Shown piece after piece: positions 36,849-48,347 of a DNA stretch of 64,000 nt. Under the pieces are notes generated by a model. That model worked only from the letters and a program-made list of their open reading frames with translations, ran no database searches and was not told the origin of the DNA. The position numbers were made by a program, and so were the translations under genes. The stretch's first letter is position 1. Every line of letters begins with the position of its first letter. The DNA is from Phoronis australis. Lineage: Eukaryota; Animalia; Phoronida. The stretch is taken from positions 124,001 to 188,000 of the forward strand of contig NMRA01000330.1 of the NCBI GenBank assembly GCA_002633005.1, written 5' to 3'.

Positions 36849-37814
36849 CAGTCCTGTGGTGGTAAAATTAGAGGTAAGTAGGAGCCTAAAAGCCCACCGT
36901 ATCACCTTGTGCACTGAATTTTAAAAGTGCATTAAATTCACAAAACTTGACTCAAACTTGTAGGCCTATTTTTGATTCAAGAGTGGGTATTTACTTCGAG
37001 TCTGCAGTGCCGAATCTTGGATGTCGCAGAAAGGGGGCCCAACCACACATTTAGGAAGGCAAAAGTCCGCGTGCATTCCAAGAGGTCTCGCTGAAGGGGG
37101 CCAAAACACAATTATAAAGGAAAATAGGAGCGTAACGCCCAGAAATGATATGCTGGCGGCGTTTTAGTCGCCCGTGGGCTGTATCCTCTGAGCCCTTTGA
37201 TCGTGTGCTACTATCCGATTCATTTCGTTGAATCCTCGATCGTTCACATACTGCTGTACTACAGCTAGAGTCTTAATGCAGAGGTCCAGTTGTCTCAGAG
37301 CTCTTGGTAGGTTGTCTACTTTAACCGTCTCTATTTCTACGAACTTTTGCACGATTGCCGTTGTCAGTGGCAAACATGCAGCCCAAACCGGGCGCAAATA
37401 CGCTTGACTTTGTGTTCGCCATGTCTTATCCCGGATCCCATCGGCCACGTTTTGGGTCCAAGATGCCAGAATAGAGCAAAATTACTGCTCATCATTGTCA
37501 AGTCAACGCCGGTCCAAGCTTAGAACAACACTTTGAATAAATTGACCAGGACGTGTGGTCACGCGCGCCGGAATATTCGGCAACAATGCTGTCGTCAGCG
37601 TAGCAGTGCTTTGATACCGTAAGCTATTGTACCAAAACTGTACCGTCACGTACTTTGCGTAGGCGCTACGTTAAGATATAAAAAATAGTTGGCTGCACTT
37701 ACGTGCGCCTACGCCCCACTATAGCGTAGCTTACGGTGCGTAGGCGCTAATACGTTCAAATGCCAAAAGGTGGTTGGCTGCGCCTACGTGCGCCTACGCC
37801 CCACTACAGCACTG
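36849..37814. mobile_element. ~966-bp non-autonomous hAT element with internal cargo (copy 1)
   Basis: Ends CAGTCCTGTGGTGG and CCACTACAGCACTG; flanks ATTCTAGG and ATTTTAGG. Confidence 0.75.
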
Positions 37815-38087
37815 ATTTTAGGCTTCTTCAAGACGTTTTGTGGCATCTTGTAGGCATAATGCGGCAATAATATAAATTCCAGGTGACAACTCTGAAGACA
37901 TGTTCATGCCAGTAGCAATGCAGCGAATACTTACAAAGCACAAGATGTCTATGACCAAACTCACTTGCGTTTGTAATGTGTTAATACGTGTTTTGGTGTC
38001 AGAATAAGTCCATCGGGAAAACATGTAATTTCATGTTGAGGATTACAAATAGTGCATTTGAATGTGTATACTGTAGCGACTGGACGC

Positions 38088-38984
38088 TTTTGTGGAAACA
38101 TGACCTTTTGTGGAAACATGACCTTTTGTGGAAACATGACCTTTTGTGGAAACATGACCTTTTGTGGAAACATGACCTTTTGTGGAAACATGACCTTTTG
38201 TGGAAACATGACCTTTTGTGGAAACATGACCTTTTGTGGAAACATGACCTTTTGTGGAAACATGACCTTTTGTGGAAACATGACCTTTTGTGGAAACATG
38301 ACCTTTTGTGGAAACATGACCTTTTGTGGAAACATGACCTTTTGTGGAAACATGACCTTTTGTGGAAACATGACCTTTTGTGGAAACATGACCTTTTGTG
38401 GAAACATGACCTTTTGTGGAAACATGACCTTTTGTGGAAACATGACCTTTTGTGGAAACATGACCTTTTGTGGAAACATGACCTTTTGTGGAAACATGAC
38501 CTTTTGTGGAAACATGACCTTTTGTGGAAACATGACCTTTTGTGGAAACATGACCTTTTGTGGAAACATGACCTTTTGTGGAAACATGACCTTTTGTGGA
38601 AACATGACCTTTTGTGGAAACATGACCTTTTGTGGAAACATGACCTTTTGTGGAAACATGACCTTTTGTGGAAACATGACCTTTTGTGGAAACATGACCT
38701 TTTGTGGAAACATGACCTTTTGTGGAAACATGACCTTTTGTGGAAACATGACCTTTTGTGGAAACATGACCTTTTGTGGAAACATGACCTTTTGTGGAAA
38801 CATGACCTTTTGTGGAAACATGACCTTTTGTGGAAACATGACCTTTTGTGGAAACATGACCTTTTGTGGAAACATGACCTTTTGTGGAAACATGACCTTT
38901 TGTGGAAACATGACCTTTTGTGGAAACATGACCTTTTGTGGAAACATGACCTTTTGTGGAAACATGACCTTTTGTGGAAACATG
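38088..38984. repeat. 18-bp minisatellite (CCTTTTGTGGAAACATGA) x~50, perfectly homogeneous
   Basis: Directly visible; ends at the n at 38985. Confidence 0.95.
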
Positions 38985-39559
38985 NTTGTTACCAATATGG
39001 TGGTCACTTGAAAACTCTGTAAATTTTCGACGACACAATTCGGGATCACTCTTGGTGCCTGCCAACAAAGGTTTTCATGAAACCTCGAATATAGAGCTTG
39101 GCCAACACGTAACAGAGTTTTTGATCCGATTCGGAAGAATGAAACGCTCCACTTAACGTTATCTACCGACAATGCGTCACATCCGTCGAGCACTCTCTAG
39201 GAGGCATGTTTCACCATTTCTGCTGTTTCATTGTTTTATTCATGGTCGACGCAAATGCTCTCTACGCAGTCCGAGACTCTTGCCTGATACGAAAAAGCTT
39301 CCATGAGGAAAAAAACGATTTGCCGTTTTCACTGTCGAGTTCTCTCGGGCACTGTCAAGGCTATGATTGTAAAGGGGAGGGGGGGGGGGCAACCACATGT
39401 TCGCCTTGTGTGGGTACTTCTAAATTCGTCTGTGAAGGACAAATGAAAACGATTGGTCTAAAACAAGTCGCTGTGGAATTTCCGTTTAATAGATTGTTGT
39501 GAGTCATCCCTCACAGGTCTCTTCTTACATCCTGAGCGTTAAATGCTCCACCAATCCCG

Positions 39560-42500
39560 TCACTGTGCTACAAAAGTTCTCGTGAAGTGAAAAATCGCAA
39601 GAGGGAAAAGTGATGACACAGTCCGATATTTTGACGGTGCACCGTTACAAACGTCAGATTGACAGTGACAAATTGTACTCCTAGTCAGTCCACTAGAGGT
39701 CACTTTGCATGTGTCTTGTCCTTTGTATACATAGTTTGCGCAATATCTTTCCACGTGTTTGGCATCTGAAACAGAAACAGCAATAAATATGACGTGTCAA
39801 TCAACGTTCGAATGTTCGCTTTGCGGTGTGTTTTGTGAGACGCATAAACATGCTGTTTCTTAATCCGGCAAACAGGAACTAAGTGATTCAACGACGTTTC
39901 AGCGAAACCCGAGCACTTTCGAAACTAAAGAGATTAAGATTGTTTTGGAGATTTCTCCTCAAGCCAATTTTGTCACCTGAATTGCAGAAATTGCACCTCC
40001 CTTGAGATTTAGCAGCATTAACATAATTCATTGTGACCTCTCAACGGAGATTGTTCTAAACGATTTACAGAACGTTATTTTGTTCAATTAGCCTTCTGTT
40101 ATAGTTAAGTCTGTTTTTATAATTTTGATAATCAATAGTTGAATACTTATAGAGGAAAATCTTATCCTTTGAACTTGTCTTTGGTCAATTTGGGATACTT
40201 TACTTACTCAAACGGGTATTTTGGACTTTTTTATCGATTTTTATGAAATTCTTCAATAAATAGTAGGACAACCGTTGAATTAGTTTTAAGTCAAACACAA
40301 ATTGTTGCTAGAACTAAAAACGAGGGAACAGTTTACTCTGAGCGTGGGTGCGTTCCCGCGAGAACCTCGCAACAACGCAAGATTTCGCGATACACCGCCA
40401 TGAATTTCAAACGAAGCACACTACATCATAGCTTCCTTCGCGAGATTTTTGCGTCCACGGATGTCAACCCGAGTAGACGTTTTCGGAGCTTGCTTTCTGC
40501 TTCTTAATTCTGATTTGAGGAACTGTTTCATTTTAATAGAAATCAAGTAAAAAGGACGTCTTTAAAGTCTCATAATAAGTAAAATATGACAATTAAATTT
40601 ACCAAAAATATCTTAGAAAGGTAACATTCCTTCATAGCTCATTTACAAAAAAATCAATGCTCCGTTCAGAAAATTGTCGTTATGCGCGTAGAACTACCAA
40701 TTCTACGTGTAAAATAAAATGATCGCACCTCTAGAAATTTAGTTTTGTGCCAACAGTTTGAACGGGAGAAAGTTACTTACCTGTGCCCGGAGCTTCCGTC
40801 ACCAACTTGACGCACGTGACACCTTCGCACATGGACACGTACCCGTTGTTCCGATCAGACGAGAATGCGTCTCCGCACTCATCCTCTGATGACGTCACCA
40901 CACTGTTGCACTTGTAACAGAAAACTGCTTCGGCAACTACAAAATATTAGAATTACCTCATTTCTGCTGCAAAAATATAATCATCTAGCCGCTAAATAGA
41001 GTTCTAAATGTCTGGTTTATACTGTCATACTCAGAACGTAACAAGAAATATATTATAATTTAAAAAATAGACGATGCAGTAGTAGCAGAGTTCCAATTGT
41101 AATGCTGGAAATTCATTAGTAACATATGCATGTGTTTTTAGTTTTTTATTCCTCAGTTCAGTTTTATTGGGGAATGTCACCCTTGAAGAGATTTTGGCCA
41201 CTTTGTTACTTTTTACAAATTTCGTAGTCTAATTCGATTTTTCAAGGTTGATTTTCATCGGAAAACGATTTAAACAATTTTAAAAGCGAAAGTGTGACAC
41301 AGTAAACCGTCTCAAGCATTGTGTGTCAAAACGGCAGAATCGCTCCATTGCTCAAATCGAAGGCATATTGATGTGTAACGGTACTTTGACTGAATGCGGG
41401 CATTTCGGCCGTCAATACAGTGATCGCCATATTTGGGCGATGAAGCTAGTGGTCACGTGTTTTGCTTGTAATGCATTGCGATATCTTGCACTTTCCTGGG
41501 TGTCTACGGAACAGGCACCAGAAATGCGAGGCAACGCAGCTTACTCGGACTGGTTGACGTTATCGGGAATTGTCTCAAGGCATCGCCACTTCCGGTATGA
41601 GGAACTGCTATTTTTTCTAATTTCAGTTGATTGAAGATGACTTTTATATGTAACTTAAGTACGACAAAATGACTAAACATGCCTTCAAAAAGGTAATAAG
41701 CCCCTGATTACACGAGCTCTCAAATGAATTACTGTATCTAATAGAGGATGTCTCGGCGTCAGTATTTATCAATGACGTCAACCAATTTTAGGCAGTCCTG
41801 TGGTGGTAAAATTAGAGGTAAGTAGGCGCCTAAAAGCCCACCGTATCACCTTGTGCACTGAATTTTAAAAGTGCATTGAATTCACAAAACCTGACTCAAA
41901 CTTGTAGGCCTATTTTTGATTCACGAGTGGGTATTTACTTCGAGTCTGCAGTGCCGAATCTTGGATGTCGCATAAAGGGGGCCCAACCACACATTAAGGA
42001 AGGCAAAAGTCCGCGTGCATTCCAAGCTGTCTCGCTGAAGGGGCCAAAACACAATTATAAAAGGAAAATAGGAGCGTAACGCCCAGAAACGATATGCTGG
42101 CGGCGTTTTAGTCGCCCGTGGGCTGTATCCTCGGAACCCTTTGATCGTGTGCTACTATCCGATTCATTTCGTTGAATCCTCGATCGTTCACATACGGCTG
42201 TACTACAACTAGAGTCTTAATGCAGAGGTCCAGTTGTCTCAGAGCTCTTGGTAGGTTGTCTACTTTAACCGTCTCTATTTCTACGAACTCTTGCATGATT
42301 GCCGTTGTCAGTGGCAAACATGCAGCCCAAACCGGTCGCAAATACGCTTGACTTTGTGCTCGCCATGTCTTATCCCGGATCCCATCGGCCACGTTTTGGG
42401 TCCAAGATGCCAGAATAGATCAAAATTACTGCTCATCATTGTCAAGTCAACGCCGGTCCAAGCTCAGAACAACACTTTGAATAAATTGACCAGGACGTGT

Positions 42501-45500
42501 GGTCACGCGCGCCGGAATATTCGGCAACAATGCTGTCGTCAGCGTAGCAGTGCATTGATATCGTAAGCTATTGTACCAAAACTGTACCGTCACGTACTTT
42601 GCGTAGGCGCTACGTTAAGATATAAAAAAATAGTTGGCTGCGCTTACGTGCGCCTACGCCCCACTATAGCGCAACTTACGGTGCGTAGGCGCTAATACGT
42701 TCAAATGCCAAAAGGTGGTTGGCTGCGCCTACGTGCGCCTACGCCCCACTACAGCACTGATTTTAGGCTTCTTCAAGACGTTTTGTGGCATCTTGTAGGC
42801 ATAATGCGGCAATAATATAAATTCCAGGTGACAACTCTGAAGACGTGTTCATGCCAGTAGCAATGCAGCGAATACTTACAAAGCACAAGATGTCTATGAT
42901 CAAACTCACTTGCGTTTGTAATGCGTTAATACGTGTTTTGGTGTCAGAATAAATCCATCGTGAAAACATGTAATTTCATGTTGAGGAATTACAAATAGTG
43001 CATTTGAATGTGTATACTGTAGCGACTGGACACTTTTGTGGAAACATGACCTTTTGTAGAAACATGACCTTTTGTGGAAACATGACCTTTTGTGGAAACG
43101 TGACCTTTTGTGGAAACATGACCTTTTGTGGAAAAATGACCTTTTGTCGAAACGTGACCTTTTGTGGAAACGTGACCTTTTGTGGAAACATGACCTTTTG
43201 TGGAAACATGACCTTTTTGAAATTACTCTGTTCGTGGCATATGCAAAATACAGCTTACTTATTTTTGTTTCAAAATCAACAAATTTCAAAAATATTAATC
43301 ATTCTCAATACACAATTACGTATGACGTTTACTCCATCACGGTCTGTTATTAAAGTTTACCGATAGGACTCCGCTGTGATCTCTATTTAAAAACACCTGA
43401 CTTAGATTGTAACTGATGCGCCGAAGGCTAAATTTATGGTTATTACCTGCAACCTTACTGCACGTAAACGCTATATAATGTCCCATTTTGTAAGGTATGA
43501 CAAAGCCAGTTCCGATGATTCAAAAAAACCATCCCTTCGAAGTGTTTTCACACACAAGATGTATACAAATACTCTCTAACGCTGTGGCTTTGCTATTGAA
43601 ATCTGAGGCTATGCCACAGTGACGAAGTCAAAGAATGGGCCACGAAGACTTTGTTTAAATGATTATAATTTAATAACTGGGTTTATCTAAGCCACACTTC
43701 TAAGCCAAAGCTGAGCAGAGTATTAATCTTATGACACAAAATCCTCTTCTTTAAATATGTTCATCAAAAAGATTTACCACACATAATTTTTCGCGAAGAG
43801 ATGGGTGACATGTTTAATGTGGAGTAGTTCCTGTGCTTCATCTTCAGAACAACATCAATGGCGGCTTTTTAGATTCACGTAGTTAGTCACATGGCATTTC
43901 CGCCCTTCACAAATACGTAACCAGAATTTCTGTTATGATAAGCTAACTTAGACGTGATAACTAGCAACAAATTAAGAATGTTTTATTATTTTCATTACAA
44001 GTTTCACCATAGAAACTTCAAAATAGCTCTGCCATCTTATGTAATTTCAGTAAAAATTGATCATACAAGTGCTCGTTAGATCTGTCTTCATAAGAACGCG
44101 GACCTTTTCGAGAATCTACGGTATGGGAGACGCATGTGAAAGGGTTGTTTAAACCGGTTTAATTTGACAAAGCATTGTTTTGTCTATTGACGCTGATTGA
44201 ACATTTAGAATGTCACTCTCAGGGGTTAATCCCAGATGTGTACAACTTGTACAATTATTGTACGATTATTATACACGTATATTCTCATGCATGAATGGTA
44301 AATTTTTGGATTTTTGAGCAAGTAAAAAGTGGGTAATTTAGAGTTTAGGGCAGTTTCATATGAAATTTCTAGAACTGAATCCTTCATCTGTGCCTTTTGA
44401 AATGTTATGAACAAACCCGGATGCTGTTTACCGATCGATATGCAAATAATGCAATTTACGTTCGACACAGACCCTCAAGTCGTGTTATTGAGGCCAAATC
44501 GTTAGAATCTAACACATCGTCATCTTTATGCGACAATGTTCTTGAGTTCCCTGGCAACAGTAAACGTGAGCCAATGAACGATATGTTTCCCACACTTTAT
44601 GGATGATATTTCACAGCAGACAAAAAACACGTCTGTTTGCGTTTCAACGGAATTTATTTAATACCGTAGAATGTCAATCTGGTTAAGATTACCCAACACA
44701 ACAGTGTTATCTTTTGTATACCAATAATACAAATTTCTGGGTGATACCAGGCAGATTTGACAATTTTTAAAAGAAGAACAGTGTATCAGTCGCAACTGGT
44801 CGCCCGTATACTCGATTACTGAGGCCACTTATGGAAAGATAAACAGGAATGTACTGTACAAAATTGGCGGAAACAGTGATAACGTTTTAAATTGAATAAA
44901 TAAGTCTGTGCACGGTTACCTAAAGCCCACATCTCAGAGAACTAAACAGGTAACAAGGTCGAAAAATAATCTACTGGAAACTGAAGACAAGATTGTAACA
45001 GCTCTGCCGAATAGCATTATCCGCAGATAATGACGACCAAGCCAGCGTGAGGTTTGCTTACAGCGGTAACCTAGATCTTCTGTAGTACAAAATGCGTAAT
45101 ACGACACAACAAAAGTGTACTGATATGTAGCTGCATCATCACAAGGGAAACACGTGCGTCAATAGGCCCGCCGTGGTTGACTCTTCTGTCCCGTAGGTAG
45201 AAAATGCATCGCATGAATGATCAGTGTTTCAAAATTACAGACACTCATATGTTGATTAACAACGGAATCACTTCCCGCGATATTTGCCCTTTTGCCAATT
45301 TCTTGGTGTCGACTTTGCTACTAAAAATGCAATAATATATAGACAAGTTTCGTAGCCTGCATTTCAATGATGAATTCCATAATAATCAGGATAAGAGGCA
45401 CTTGACCAATACATTTACACGTGAAAATGCAAGACAAATGATTGACTCATAAGTTGCATTGTGGGTAAATACCTAAGAATGACTAGAGTGGTGCTGTGCT

Positions 45501-48347
45501 AATTTCAGGACTGGCCTCTTACAAAACCATTGTCGACGAAGCTACACGTTAGCTCTCGCTTCAGTGCGTTTTCAAGTTCAAAGAGGAAGGGTTCCTTTGA
45601 ATTTAATTCAAACCTACTCGATCATCATCACCAACTATTGAAAAAATGCCTTGGCCATAGCAATTAACTGCGCGCACGTGTTTAGGCTTACTTGTACTAA
45701 GAACATTCGAAGCAACTGTAGACTGATAGCGTCAGATATGCCCTCCAAACAAGTGTGGAATAATCTATTTTTGTTCTTTCTGTAGGAAGTCCTTGCAGCA
45801 ATGTGTGATGAATTTCTCCTATTATTTTTTTCCAATCTACAAGATCTTGAATCGGGTCACCGTTTTTTTTCATTGACGTAAACCGAAACGCGGTTAAGTT
45901 AGATGAGCACGCAAGTTGTTCCAATAGTACCTCGTCTCACTTGAGGGGACGATTGAACCCCTGGTTATTAGAAAATTATTGACACTGTGTTTTACATGAT
46001 TCTACCAATATCACACTAAGTGGTGCTAAGTGGCAGGATACACAAATATGCTGTCTAGTTAAACATGTGTAATGAAGCCTTTCGAGGAATGAATGAAGGC
46101 AAATATGTTCTGCTTAATACGGGGGCAGCCGGTAGTAATCCGACATGTTTTCTCAAGGAACAATCCGACACTTGTTCTGTTTGTCTGGGCGGAACTAAGA
46201 AAGCATCAGTGACTGTTCAGATGCTGGGTAAACATTGGTCGGATCTTGCGTAACTTGAAAGCCTTGTGGACTGTTTCGTTGAGCACAGGAATTCCGCAAA
46301 AAGCTCTGCGAGCTTGAAACCCAAATCCTATTCCAAACCCAAAGTTACTAAGTGACCGTAAACAATGTCTATTAACAGGTTTGATTATATACGATAATTT
46401 TGTAAAACTATTTGGGCCTCACATGCGTCAAATTAAACGTCATCTTCACTTTCATGAGGAAAAATCACTAAAATTCTTTAAGAGATAGTACAAGTGTCAA
46501 ACTAGTTTCACAGGAAAAACTCCTAAACTATCATAATCCAATTGATACGTTATTGGCGACTCGCAAAAATAGTCAGTGTTTCTATCAAATTGTAAACATG
46601 CTAACCAGTTAATCAGCCACACAAAATCAGTCTCAAACCTTTTCACTGTATTATGGTAGACAACGATTTCCATTCTCAAGCGGATCTTTCAGTCCCATGC
46701 AAAAGGCAAGTAAAACACAATGTCAAAACTGGCAACCTTTGCAAAATTCAGCTACTTCAAATCACTGATTGCAGATGGTCTCTCAATTCTTTTATTCGTA
46801 GACACCAATAGCTTTTTGACAAGAAAAGCTTTGAGACCGTCATCTCAGTACTGTTTCCATTAACCTGCATACCTCGTGGTTTTCTTGTCAATGCCGCGGG
46901 GACCAAATGTTCGTTAAAGATATGCAGGGCCTTCGAAAAATGGCCAAATTTGGCAAACTTCGGAACATCATAACTCAGAAATGGCTGATCGAATTCATGT
47001 GAAACTTTCAGATACCATGCTTTTTTGCATGAGAGGCCATCAGAAATAGAACTTTTGTTAGGAGTTTTGGAAAAAAGCTGCTAAAAGCGAAAAGGAAATG
47101 ACAATTTAGAAAAGAGTAACAGTGTTTTTGACACTTCATCTTGAACAGTTATATCGGTCAAAATTTGATAATATTACTGATACCGTTGTTTTTATCAGGG
47201 ATGTACCTTTCATTTGTTTTAAATTTTACTAATTACACGACCACGCGATCTAACTAATAGCTGATTGGTGTAAAGTCAGGAATCAAATTCTATAGTCTCT
47301 CTACTTTTAGAAAATGTTTACTTTTATTTAGTTTAAGTCTACAATTTTGTAGATATTTGGATAAAGACACCGACAAGTCGATGTGCCCTACATAATCTCA
47401 CTTCTTAGAGAAAACCTTCTTGTTGGCTGTTTTATGGCCACTTTTAGCCGTGAGAAGAGCTTTCTCGGAATATGACATATTGATGAGCTGTAGCACATTT
47501 TTGTTGGTATTATTAGACAGTGGTAGTTACATGTACAAGAGGTCGTAGGCGATGAACCTTTGGTGGACATCATAGAAATGTCATGTTATTGTATGCAGCT
47601 TGCGTGCACCAGGCCGATTGTTTCTTTCCATAGCCAACTAATGCATCGAACGCGACTAGCTCAGTGTACTGTTGTTTTGACAGCCGGCACAATGTACCAG
47701 GTCTAGTCTAAACAGGCATTTGTAAAAATTAAAGGAAATGTCTCACTATTTCCCGACGTGCCACAGAGAAATCGTCCAAGATTAGTTAAAAGCAAATTTA
47801 TTAAAGCAGCCCAATCTAGTAATTGATATTTTGGCAGTTTTAGCGAGGAAGATTGTTCTTTATCAAGATATATGGAAGGCTTGACAATTGTGAGGTATTT
47901 TGCGTCAGTGGGTATCCTGATGTACACACTGTCTTTAAGGTACTATCGCGAATAAGTTGCAGCCTCTATAAGCCCGCGTTCCGTCAAAAACGACTTTCTG
48001 ATTTTCCACTATAAAATTGCTGTCAACTTACTCCTTACTGACATATTCGATATGATGTGATTTCCGGGGCTTGAAGCATGGACATTTCGTTATTTCTTGA
48101 GCCCATGCGCAGCGCATAAAATAAATGCCCCGTCGTGACAAGTCATCTTGTAGAGTCTGGACTCGAGGAAATAACGAAATCATGTTTAATTTCATTATAG
48201 AAAACGAGAACAATTTCATAAAGGTTAGTGGTTAATAGTTGTTTTATGATGGAAGGCGGATTAATGTTAGCTTTAAAATTAAAACTTACCTGGTATGATG
48301 CACGTCCAACATATAAGTGTGATTAATCTTAAAGCCGTCATTGTCAT
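39560..48347 (-). CDS. Ly6/uPAR three-finger protein, quiver/sleepless-like, probably GPI-anchored (3 exons, 139 aa)
   Basis: Exon 48290-48347 encodes the signal MTMTALRLITLICWTCIIP. Exon 40781-40936 encodes VAEAVFCYKCNS...ECGD...MCEGVTCVK. Exon 39560-39765 encodes RYCA...TCK...ICHCQSDVCNGA plus a hydrophobic tail. Ten Cys in the domain; introns are phase 1, GT-AG. Confidence 0.85.
41793..42759. mobile_element. 967-bp non-autonomous hAT element with internal cargo (copy 2)
   Basis: Perfect 8-bp TSD ATTTTAGG at 41785-41792 and 42760-42767; same termini family as the MITE at 8030-8177. Confidence 0.8.
43034..43217. repeat. 18-bp minisatellite, ~10 diverged units
   Basis: Same unit as 38088-38984 but with substitutions (AACGTG, GTAGA, GTCGA variants). 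Confidence 0.9.

Larger units (their letters stand above)
34060..43217. repeat. ~4.2-4.9-kb direct duplication around a single n (probable uncollapsed haplotypes)
   Basis: 34060-38984 matches 38986-~43217 with scattered SNPs and small indels; n at 38985. Confidence 0.85.

Noticed and set aside
38088-38984. CRISPR-like array or recent ~50-unit repeat expansion
   Set aside because: There are no spacers. The array is perfectly homogeneous and ends at a contig break, while the equivalent locus at 43034 has ~10 diverged units, so a gap-filling artefact is likely.
37961-39193. Long ORFs of hexapeptide repeats (MFPQKV, WKHDLL, HVSTKG, CGNMTF)
   Set aside because: They are translations of a stop-free 18-bp minisatellite inside an intron and they cross an n.
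34060-43217. True tandem duplication of the Ly6 gene
   Set aside because: It has a single-n junction, allele-level divergence and only one exon 1. I treat it as haplotypes unless long reads show otherwise.
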